Below are positions 10,101-22,100 of a stretch of DNA of 29,567 bases, one piece after another. The stretch is from Macrostomum lignano. Taxonomy: Eukaryota. The notes beneath the pieces are model-generated. The model saw only the letters and a list, made by a program, of their open reading frames with translations, was not told the origin of the DNA and made no database searches. The stretch covers positions 1-29,567 of the forward strand of contig NIVC01004135.1 of NCBI GenBank assembly GCA_002269645.1, read 5' to 3'. A program made the translations under genes and the position numbers. Positions within the stretch are counted from its first letter, which is position 1, and each line of letters starts with the position of its first letter.

Positions 10101-13100
10101 TGAACTAACAAATTTACTTGAAAGTTCGGAAAGGACAGTAGATCAGCTACAGACCGAGAAACTTGATCTTGAGCAGTCCAATGAAAATTTGGCAAGGAGC
10201 TTGTCTGAGTCAAATGATGCCAAGAGCTCGATTGAAGAGCAACTCCGACTGCATGGCGAAGCTAAGCAGCGAGACGAAGAGAAACTTGGTCGGGCTGCCG
10301 AAGTGCACGAGAAAATAACAAACAAGGTGAAGAAAGTTGTGGAGTCAAACAAGATACAGAAGGCTAAGATAAAAGAGCTGGAAGAAACGGTCGGCGCTCT
10401 TCAGAGTGAGATTAGTGAGTCAAACGAGAAAATCTCAACTCAAAGCGCGATAATCCAAACACTGACAGAGAGAAAACGCGGTCTAGAAGAAGAGCTCGAA
10501 TCGAAATCCAAGCAAGTCACAGAGCTGGAAGCCTCAGTCAATGAGCAAGCTAAGAAGAACCGTGCTCTGGTAGAAGAGCTCGAATCGAAATCCAAGCAAG
10601 TCACAGAGCTGGAAGCCTCAGTCACTGAGCAAGCTGAGAAGAACCGTGCTCTGGAAGAAGAGCTCGAATCGAAATCCAAGCAAGTCACAGAGCTGGAAGC
10701 CTCAGTCAATGAGCAGACTGAGAAGAACCGTGCTCTGGTAGAAGAGCTCGAATCGAAATCCAAGCAAGTCACAGAGCTGGAAGCATCTGTCATTGAGCAG
10801 ACTGAGAAGAACCGTGCTCTGGAAGAAGAGCTCGAATCGAAATCCAAGCAAGTCACCGAGCTGGAGGCCTCTGTCAATGAGCAGACTGAGAAGAACAGTG
10901 CTCTGGTAGAAGAGCTCGAATCGAAATCGAAGCAAGTCACCGAGCTGGAGGCCTCTGTCAATGAGCAGACTGAGAAGAACAGTGCTCTGGTAGAAGAGCT
11001 CGAATCGAAATCGAAGCAAGTCACCGAGCTGGAAGCCTCTGTCAATGAGCAGACTGACGAGAACCGTGCTCTGGTAGAAGAGCTCGAATCGAAATCCAAG
11101 CAAATCACAGAGCTGGAAGCCTCTGTCAATGAGCAGACTGAGAAGAACCGTGATCTGGTAGAAGAGCTCGAATCGAAATCCAAGCAAATCACAGAGCTGG
11201 AAGCCTCTGTCAATGAGCAGACTGAGAAGAACCGTGCTCTGGTAGAAGAGCACGAATCGAAATCCAAGAAAATCACAGAGCTGGAAGCCTCTGTCAATGA
11301 GCAGACTGAGAAGAACCGTGCTCTGGTAGAAGAGCTCGAATCGAAATCCAAGCAAGTCACAGAGCTGGAAGCATCTGTCATTGAGCAGACTGAGAAGAAC
11401 CGTGCTCTGGAAGAAGAGCTCGAATCGAAATCCAAGCAAGTCACAGAGCTGGAAGCCTCTGTCAATGAGCAGACTGACAAGAACCGTGTTCTGGTAGAAG
11501 AGCTCGAATCGAAATCCAAGCAAGTCACAGAGCTGGAAGCATCTGTCATTGAGCAGACTGAGAAGAACCGTGCTCTGGAAGAAGAGCTCGAATCGAAATC
11601 CAAGCAAGTCACCGAGCTGGAGGCCTCTGTCAATGAGCAGACTGAGAAGAACCGTGCTCTGGTAGAAGAGCTCGAATCGAAATCCAAGCAAGTCACAGAG
11701 CTGGAAGCATCTGTCATTGAGCAGACTGAGAAGAACCGTGCTCTGGAAGAAGAGCTCGAATCGAAATCCAAGCAAGTCACCGAGCTGGAGGCCTCTGTCA
11801 ATGAGCAGACTGAGAAGAACAGTGCTCTGGTAGAAGAGCTCGAATCGAAATCGAAGCAAGTCACCGAGCTGGAGGCCTCTGTCAATGAGCAGACTGAGAA
11901 GAACAGTGCTCTGGTAGAAGAGCTCGAATCGAAATCGAAGCAAGTCACCGAGCTGGAAGCCTCTGTCAATGAGCAGACTGACGAGAACCGTGCTCTGGTA
12001 GAAGAGCTCGAATCGAAATCCAAGCAAATCACAGAGCTGGAAGCCTCTGTCAATGAGCAGACTGAGAAGAACCGTGATCTGGTAGAAGAGCTCGAATCGA
12101 AATCCAAGAAAATCACAGAGCTGGAAGCCTCTGTCAATGAGCAGACTGAGAAGAACCGTGCTCTGGTAGAAGAGCTCGAATCGAAATCCAAGCAAGTCAC
12201 AGAGCTGGAAGCCTCTGTCAATGAGCAGACTGACAAGAACCGTGTTCTGGTAGAAGAGCTCGAATCGAAATCCAAGCAAGTCACAGAGCTGGAAGCATCT
12301 GTCATTGAGCAGACTGAGAAGAACCGTGCTCTGGAAGAAGAGCTCGAATCGAAATCCAAGCAAGTCACCGAGCTGGAAGCCTCTGTCAATGAGCAGACTG
12401 AGAAGAACCGTGCTCTGGTAGAAGAGCTCGAATCGAAATCCAAGCAAGTCACAGAGCTGGAAGCATCTGTCATTGAGCAGACTGAGAAGAACCGTGCTCT
12501 GGAAGAAGAGCTCGAATCGAAATCCAAGCAAGTCACAGAGCTGGAAGCCTCTGTCAATGAGCAGACTGACAAGAACCGTGTTCTGGTAGAAGAGCTCGAA
12601 TCGAAATCCAAGCAAGTCACAGAGCTGGAAGCATCTGTCATTGAGCAGACTGAGAAGAACCGTGCTCTGGAAGAAGAGCTCGAATCGAAATCCAAGCAAG
12701 TCACCGAGCTGGAGGCCTCTGTCAATGAGCAGACTGACAAGAACCGTGCTCTGGTAGAAGAGCTCGAATCGAAATCCAAGCAAGTCACAGAGCTGGAAGC
12801 CTCTATCATAAAGCAGAGTGATTTGTCAGAAAAGCTTTCAGATGAATTGCAAACGCTGAAATCTGCTAAGGACTCGGTTTCGACAGAACTGGACTCTGTA
12901 GTTCAATCAAAGTCGGATCTCGAAGCCAAAGTCGCAGATCTGACCTCTAATAATAACGCTCTTGAGCAGAGAGTGCGTGAGCTTGTGAACGAGCTCAATG
13001 GGTCAATCAAGTCTCTTTCTCAGCTACAGACCGAGAAGCTTGATCTGGAGCAGTCCAATGAAAAGTTGACAAAGAGCTTCTCTGAATTAAATGATGCCAA

Positions 13101-16100
13101 GAGCTCGATTGAAGAGCAACTCCGACTGCATGGCGAAGCTAAGCAGCGAGACGAAGAGAAACTTGGTCGGGCTGCCGAAGTGCACGAGAAAATGAAAAAC
13201 AAGTTGAAGAAAGTTGTGGAGTCAAACAAGATACAGAAGGCTAAGATAAAAGAGCTGGAAGAAACGGCCGGCGCTCTTCAAAGTGAGATCAGTGAATCAA
13301 AAGAGAAAATCTCAACTCAAAGCGCGAGAATCGAAACACTGACAGAGAGAAACCGCGGTCTAGAAGAAGAGCTCGAATCGAAATCGAAGCGAGTCACAGA
13401 GCTGGAAGCTTCAGTCAATGAGCAGACTGACGAGAACCGTGCTCTGGTAGAAGAGCTCGAATCGAAATCGAAGCGAGTCACAGAGCTGGAAGCCTCAGTC
13501 AATGAGCAGACTGACGAGAACCGTGCTCTGGTAGAAGAGCTCGAATCGAAATCCAAGCAAGTCACAGAGCTGGAAGCCTCAGTCACTGAGCAAGCTAAGA
13601 AGAACCGTGCTCTGGTAGAAGAGCTCGAATCGAAATCCAAGCAAGTCACAGAGCTGGAAGCCTCAGTCACTGAGCAAGCTGAGAAGAACAGTGCTCTAGT
13701 AGAAGAGCTCGAATCGAAATCCAAGCAAGTCACAGAGCTGGAAGCCTCAGTCAATGAGCAGACTGAGAAGAAGATAAAAGAGCTGGAAGAAAAGATCACC
13801 GTTCTTGAAAATGAAATCGAAGAATCAAACAAGAAACTTGCTTTACAAGTTGAAAGTTTTTCTGAGCTGAAGAAGCTTAAGGCTAGTCAGGAAAGGAGCT
13901 TCTCTGAATTGCAAGAGGAATTTTCACGACAGGAGGCTCTTTCTCAGAAATTCGAAGCAATAAAGTTGTCCCAAAGCGAAAAGATTACTGAACTAAATAA
14001 AATCAAAAGTTCCCAGGAGCAAGCTCTCTCCGACTTTCAATTCTTGGTATCTACTTTAGAAAACAGGATTAGCGAGCTTTCAGATGAGAATCGTTTAAAA
14101 GATGATCGGGTTGCTGATTGTCTCTCAAATCTTCAAGTCTGTGAAAGCGAGAAGCAGGCAAAGAGTAATCTTATTTCGGAGCTCGAATGCTTGCTTAATA
14201 GCGAACGTTCAAAACAATCGGAACTAGAGGGCCAAGTTAGACTTCATTTGGCTCAGTCTGGCGAACTGTTTTCATTACTTCAAAAAGAGTTCAGTGACCT
14301 ACACGGTTTTGAGTTCGCTGACGCCGCCCATCCGAACCATTCTGGGATAAATCATGAGAATCTAAAACTTATGCTTAAAATAATTTCCGAGCTTTATCAG
14401 GAACGCAGTGCCGAAATTTTAGAAACGAAGTCTCTTTTAGTAAAGTCCCACGAGGCCTCTTCCGAACTAAACTGTGTGATGCAATCGCTTGAGAAAAGTG
14501 TGACTGTGTTTCAACGGACTGTAACAAGTCATGAGCAAAAGATCTCTGAGTTGGAAGAATTGACATCTTTGCAACAAGGACAGATTTCAGAGTTTCGGTC
14601 TATACGAAGTATTAACGAAAAAGTAATTTCTCAGCTTCAGGATGTAAATTCTTCCCTGTCAACTGATATTGGCGAATGCCGTCAGTCATTGCAAAATGCG
14701 ATAGAAATTAAAGATCAGTTAGAACGCAAGGTAAGTAAGCTTCAGGATGAATGCAGTATTGCCACTCGAAAATGTGAAGAGTTGGTAGACACCAAACGCT
14801 TTCTTGAGGGAGAGCTACTAGCTGTTAAGAACTCTCAAGTATTGAGTGAAGAAAAACTAAATTTTGCCTCAAAGACGAATGAGGATCTTTCACATCAATT
14901 AAATAAAGCACTGGAAGAAAGAGAACAACGTTACCATGAAATTTTTGAACTGAAGAAGCTGAGCGAGGAGTATAACCGTGATATAATTGAACTTCGCAAT
15001 TCAAAAGCTGAGGCTGATAAAAATTTTGAAGAGTTACAAAGCATCGTTGTAGCTCAAAGAAAAGCTGCGTCTGAACTGCAAGACACTAATTTCAAGCTAG
15101 AAAAGTCTGTTTCTGACTACGAAGACATTTTGTATTCGCATGAGACTAACATTTTGTTGCTTCAGAAGACCAGCTTTTTGCAGGAAGACTCGATCGCCAA
15201 GCTCAAAGAGTTAAATTCCGCACTGCGCAAGTCTATTGTGGAACTACAGGATGCTAACTCAAATATGGAAAAGCGGATAATTGAGTTAGAAGAGGCAGAG
15301 CAGAGGATGCATTCGGAAATCGGATCATATCTGGAAAGAATATCTGAGCTAGAATCGCAGGTCAGTGAAGAACAAATTAGCAGAGTGAATCAATTGCAAA
15401 CTGCTAATACACAACTCACAGACGAGCTAAGCAAGCTAATGGAAGAAAGGATGCATCTGAACCAAACTGTTGCTGATCTGGAATCGGAAAAGCTTAAACA
15501 ACAGCAGGAACTAGGAGTGCGAAATGCGCAACTAATTCAACTCGAAGGTAATGCTGCGCATTATAAGGATGACCTCACAAAAGTATCGGACGAATTGGTC
15601 GAAGCGATGGCGTCAAAAGAGGAACTCGTAAAGGAAATCAGTACAATCGTACTCGCTAAGCAAGATTTTGAAACTCAGATCTCTAAGCTGACACAGGAAA
15701 ACTCAAATTTAGATGAGAAGAATAAAAAGCTTATCATGGAAATGGAGCAGTCAGCAGAAGACTTCCGTTCTGCAAAGCAGGAGTTTGAGCGGTCAGTAAA
15801 TGCATTAAAGTACGAATTAGAAACTCTGGAGAAATCAAACAGTTATCTGGATGGCCAGCTCCGGCAGTCCTCTGAGAAGGCATCAAATTTGGAATCCGAA
15901 CTGCTATTGTTAGACAAAACCTATCAGGTACAAGAATTATATTTGTGTCTTTTTTCATACAGTTAATAAAAGCTTAAATTATCAGTCGCCTACCGTATAA
16001 CAAATTAAAAACAACAGAAAAATTTATACTACGTACAGTACTCACTCTTACGCTCGTATTCATCATTTTTCATTAAGTTAAATTACTGTAAATCACTGTA

Positions 16101-19100
16101 ACTTGTCGTAACATAAGAATTTTTTTCTTCTTTTTAGGATGCGAAAGTGGACCTATGTGCACAGCTTCAAAGAGCACAAGAGGAATTACAGCAAACGCAA
16201 AACGAAAATTTGGACCTTCAAGCCCGAGAAAGTGCTTTACTTGATAGTGTCAGCACTCTAACTAAAGAGCGTGACGACACAGCCACTGAGTGCAATCTCG
16301 TAGCCTCAGAAGCTGCCCAGTTAAAAGAAGCCAACTCAGACTTAAATAACAGGCTTGAGGAGGTCTGCGCCGAGCGAGATCGGATGAAAGAAAAGTGCGC
16401 TCGACTTGTGAAACAGTGCCGCATTTTGAAGGAAGCGTCCAAGCAGAGTCAGCAGCGAGCAGAGTCTGCGGACATGTGCTGTCAGACTGACGAAACCACT
16501 GAGTCAGAGGCTGCAGCTGGTACAGCATCTGCATCAGTATCAGATGCTGCAACTGAAACAGATGTAGTCATCTCTTCTGAGTCTTCATTTGAACCAGGAA
16601 GGTTGATGGTAGACGCTTGTACTGATGCAGAGCCAAGTGGAATTGAAAGTCGAGTGTCAGAGCAAGAGGTCGAACAGTTATTATCATCGAAGATGTCACT
16701 GACTGAGGAAGTATTCGAGTTGAAGCAGCAACTGGCAGCTTTGGAGTCATCGAAGCAAGCTGTGGATTCAGAGCTCGACAAAGCAATGACTGTCATGTCA
16801 GCTCACGATAAGCTCGTTTCAGAACACGAAGTGTTAATATCGCAGCGTGATTCGTTGGTGTCGGAACGTGATGCATTGGTCACTGAGCGCGAAGCCATGC
16901 TCTCTGATTATGGAAGTTTATCATCAGAGCGGGACGCCTTGATGAAAGAACGGGAAACTTTGATGTCAGAACGCAACGATTTTGCGTCAGAACGTGACTC
17001 CATGGCTACAGAGCGCGAAGCATTAGCCTCAGAGAACGCCCAGCTGATGGAATCCGCCACTCAATTGAAGGAGAAGCATGACTCTGTGTGCACCGAGCGA
17101 GATCGCATGAAAGAAAAGTGCGCTCGACTCGTGAAACAGTGCCGCATTTTGAAGGAAGCATCCAAGCAGAGTCACCAGCAAACAGAAACTGCGGACATGT
17201 GCTGCCAGACTGAAGCCGCCACCGAGTCAGTGGCTGCAGCTGGTACATCATCTGCATCAGTATCAGACGCCGCAACTGAAACAGTTATGATAATCTCTTC
17301 AGAGTCGTCATTTGAACCAGAAAGGATGATGGTAGATGCTTGTACTGATGCAGAGCCATGTGAACTTGAAAGTCGAGTGTCAGAGCAAGAGGTTGAGCAT
17401 TTATTATTGTCCAAGATGTCTCTAACTGAGGAAGTCTTCGATTTAAAGCAGCAGCTTGCAGCTTTGGAGACATCAAAGCAAACTGCGGATTCAGAGCTTG
17501 AAAGAGCAATAAGTCTAATGTCCGAGCGGGATAGTTTAGCATCACAGTGCGATTCTGTAATATTGGAGCGCGACGCACTAATTTCCGAACGTGAACGCCT
17601 GATCGCTGATCTAGAAAGCCTAGTATCCTCTCGCGATGCTCTGCTATCAGAGCGTGACTCTCTGGTAACAGAACGCGATACTCTAGTATCAGAACGTGCT
17701 TCCCTGGTGACAGAACTTGACTCTGTAACAACAGAGCGCGAAACACTAGCCTCAGAAAACGCCCAAATAATGGAATCCGCCGCCCAGTTAAGGGAAAAGC
17801 ATGACTCAGTGTGCACAGAGCGAGATCGGATGAAAGAAAAGTGCGCTCGACTCGTTAAACAGTGTCGCAATCTGAAGGAGGCTTCAAAGCAGAGTCAGCA
17901 TCGAGCAGAGACCGCAGAATTCAGCTCTCAGACTGAACCGGACACCGTGTCTTTGGCTGCCGCGGGCGCTGTACTGATATCTGATGGTGGACCAATGCCT
18001 TCAGTGACTCAAATAAATGTATCTACAGAAACCGATCTACTGTTGCAGCCAGAAAGACCGTTGGTAGATGTTGCCACTGATGACGAATGGACTGGTGCTC
18101 TTACTAAAAGTTCAAAGCGCGAGTCAGAGAGCTTGTTAGCATCAAAGATTTCCCTAGGAGAGGAGGTATCTGAATTGAAGAATCAACTCACCGAATCCGA
18201 GGCTGCTAGAAAGCTTGCAGAGTCTCAGCTGGAGAAATCATTGCAAAAACTACAAATAGTTGAGAATCTAGCGCAGCATGTGTCAAGTGGAGAGACACAG
18301 ATTGAAGAGTTTCCGGAGTTGGAGACTGTGGTCAGCTCAGTTCGTGTCGCCCTACTTGTAAGTACTTCTTCCAAGTTTTGTACTCGTATCTATTTTTAGC
18401 GATATTTCGGTTTTTATTTTATTGTTTTCTTCTCAATTTTTAGAACACTCATTCCGCTAGGAGTCTTCAACAGTCAGAAATAGAACAGCTGCAATCAACG
18501 TTAAAAGGCTTGGAAAATATCCGGGACTCATTAACCGGCGAGCGCGACGCCTTGGCATCAGAACTACAAGCAATGGCGTCGCAACTTGAAGACATCGCAA
18601 CTGAACGTGATTCGCTGAAGATGGATCGCAGCCTATTATCTTCTGAACGGGACACCTTGGCGTCAGAAAAAGTTCAGCTGATGGAATCTACCTCTCAAAT
18701 GAAGGAGCAGCATGACGCGGTCTGCGCCGAGCGAGATCGCATGAAAGAAAAGTGCGCTCGACTTGTGAAACAGTGCCGCATTTTGAAGGAAGCATCCAAG
18801 CAGAGCCAACAACGAGCAGAGACTGCGGACATTTGCTGTCAGATTGACGCAACCACTGAGTCAGTGGCTGCAGCTGGTACAGAATCTGCATCAGTATCAG
18901 ATGCTGCAACTGAAACAGATGTCATCTCTTCCGACTCTTTATTCGAACCAGTAAGGGTGATGGTTGATGCTAGTACTGATGTGGAATTCAATGAAGTTCA
19001 CAGTCGAGTGTCCGAACAAGAAGTTGAGCAGTTATTGTTCTCTAAGATGGCACTGACTGAAGAAGTATTCGAGTTAAAACAACAACTCGCAGCTTCAGAA

Positions 19101-22100
19101 GCATCCAGAGAAGCGACAGATTCTGAACTTGCTAAAGTGAAGGTTCTAAACTCAGATCGAGAGGATTCAGTTTTAGATCGAGACACTTTAGTATTAGAGC
19201 GAGATTCGTTGTTAACCCAACGGGACAATATACTTTTAGAGCGAGACACTTTGATTGTAGAGCGAGAGTCAATGCTTTCCGATCGGGAAAATTTAGTCGC
19301 AGAGCGGGACGCTTTAGCCTCTGAGAACGCTGCTCTAATGGAATCTTCTACCCAGTTAAAAGTGACGCATGAGGAAGTCAGCACCGAGCGAGATCGCATG
19401 AAAGAAAAATGTGCCCGGCTTGTAAAGCAGTGCCGAATTCTGAAAGAGGCAGCCAGGCAGAGTCAGCAGCGAGCAGAGACTGCGGAATGCAGCTGTCAGA
19501 CCGAACCAGAAAGGGAGTCAGCGACTCTATCTGACGCAACCACCGCTTCAAATGCTAGACCGGACGTTTCAGTTGCCGATGCATCAACAGAAACGGTTGC
19601 ACTTTTACCTCCCGAGGCTTCATTCGAAAAAGAGAACCCGACAATTTCTGAGTCGCAGACCATTGAAGTTTTCTATCGTGCGTTTGACGATGCTATTAGA
19701 GCTGCTGGACTTTCATACCGCGAAGTGTGTCTCCCATCTCCGCCCTCGTTGTTGTCAATGTCCGAGCTTTCAGAATGGATTACTAACCTTGTTAGCGTAA
19801 GTTTCAATGAGTTCATTTTTTGTACTGAAATTTCTTCACTTTATACTGCAATTTTATGACATTTTTGTCATTATTCTAATACAGTGCGTGGCCAGTCAGC
19901 ATCAACAGTTGGTAAATACTGGCGAGCGCTGCGAAGGCTTGGAGCAGACTATCGCCGAGAAAGAGGAGTCCCTAACTGAGATGATGGAGCGCCTTGAGAT
20001 AGCCAACAAGCGAGCGATTACCACAGGCTCCGCCAGTTGGATTTCCAGCCGTCCTGCCACCTCGGTTGCCAGCCGTCAAGTTGAATGCGACCTTACTCAG
20101 CCGCTTATTGATGAGCTGGAGGCGACGCTGGCTAAACGCGACGGCAAAATTGCCGCTATGGAGCGGGACAGTCGCGAACTCAACCGGAAGCTGGAGTCCC
20201 ATCTGCAAACCATGCGTCGAATGGAAGCTCGACTCCAGGCTTCGAGTCGAATGCTGCGCACTAGACTGGTTGATAGCGCCGAGGCTGAGCAACTGGCGGT
20301 TGAGGTTGGTGCAGTGCTTTTGTAGGGGTTTGTAAAAACGGTGCTCACCTAACACTAGAAAAATTTCGAAAAGCTTGGAAAAACTGCTATAGCAGCATTC
20401 CAACGAAGCTCTCTACGTTTGTACATTTTAAAAGAGGATGTCAACTTTTGCGGCGAAGTAAAGCTCTGGACCCAACCAACTACATTTTTTATAACTTTTC
20501 GGATCAATTAACAACTTGTAGAGAAACGCCAAGGCATCTCATCTGGTTCGCTCCTTTGTGCTCCCAGGGTTTGTTGGTCCAGAGCTTTACTTTCGACTCC
20601 ATTCGGGTGCTCAAGTTGACATCCACTATCTGTTTATTGACGTTTGTAATTGATACGTCGTAGAAACGTCACAAATCTATTAATTGGGGGATTTAGCTTA
20701 GTGGTTAGAGCGTCGGACTCACGACTTAAAGGTCGGGGTTCGATTCCCAATCTCACTGGAACAATTTGTGCTCTTGAGCAAGACGCTTAACTCTGCATCG
20801 CTTCAGTTCACCCAGCTGTAAAATGGGTGCTAGCATTAGCTGGGGTAATTGAGGCTGTGTGGCGACCCCCCCCCCCCAGTCCTTGGGCTGAACAGCCGTA
20901 CGCAGCCTTCAGATGCGCCGCACAATAGCTGCGGCTGAGCTGTCGGTTGCACATCTTCCCAATCGGGGTAGGTGTAATCAGTTATTATTATTATTATTAT
21001 TATTATTATCATCATTATTATCATTATCATCATCGTCATGATTATCATTATCATTAATAAATGATAGAACCGCTTACTGCTTACTGTTTTACGATATGAA
21101 AGATCCAGTTTGTTAAATTTCTAATTAATGAAGTTAAGCAGTGCTTTTACATTCTGAAAGTTCTAGTTTCTGAAGCGATCTCACCCCAATGCCATCCAGC
21201 TGTCTTTAGCTCTTTCTTAACCTTATTATACACAATAAATCATATTGAAAAGGCCTCTTCAATCAATTCCAGGTGGAGTCTTTGTTCGCGCAGCTCGACG
21301 CAGCCGAAGAAGAGGTTGGCCAGCTGCGCTTGACCCTGCGGGACCGGGACAATGAGCTGCTCCGGCTAGCCGACCAGCTGCGCGTCGAATCGAGGCCAAG
21401 CGGCTCGACCTGTCAACTATGCGCGAGCAGTCCCGTCTGTACGAGGCGGAGGTGCGTCGCCTACGCTTTGAATTAGACGCCAAAGAGGAGATGCTGACGC
21501 TGACTCGCGAGGCCGCCACCCCCGCAGCCGCCGCGTCCACTTCGTCGGGTTGCGGCGGAGAGGACACGGCGGGGGATGGGGAGCTGGACAATAGTGCCGC
21601 ATTTTATAAGCGCCGTACGGACGAACTCACTGTTGAACTCAACAATGCTAGAAATTCTATTCAGCGGCTGACTGGCGAGTTAAAGGAAAATTCTATTGCG
21701 GCTGAAGCTGCCGTTGAAAAACTGCGCGCCGAGCTGTCGGTCACCGTTGAAAGCAAAGAGTTACTAAACAGGGAATTGATTGAAGCCAAAACTGCTTGCG
21801 ACAGTTTGACTGTTGAAATAGCCGAAGCCAAAGAAGATGGAAGCATTATAGAAAAGCTTAACTCAGAATTGGCAACGGCCTCAGATGACAAAGAGTTGTT
21901 GAACAAAGAGCTGTTTGAAGCTAAAGCTACAATTGACAATCTGACGGCTGAATTAGCTAAAACAAAGACTGAAATCGAGCTTGTGGGTGATTCTAATTCA
22001 AAACTGACCAATGCCATCAGAGACAAAGAGTTACTAAGCGAAGAATTGAGTAAAGCTAAAGCTACAATTGACAATTTGACCGCTGAATTGGCTAAAACAA

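Noticed and set aside
10440-12809. Long minus-strand ORFs (789 aa and 693 aa), also 3772..4665, 6514..6702 and 13317..13832
   Set aside because: Antisense shadows of the tandem coding arrays: one stop-free unit repeated gives a long ORF. The translations are just the reverse-complement repeats.
20836-21054. Minus-strand ORF with poly-Ile/Met, and the related ORF 703..936
   Set aside because: These are translations of the SINE body and its (TTA)n tail, not genes.
20676-21065. Target-site duplication ATTAAT around SINE copy 2
   Set aside because: Only 6 nt, AT-rich and indistinguishable from the simple-repeat tail, so it cannot be supported.
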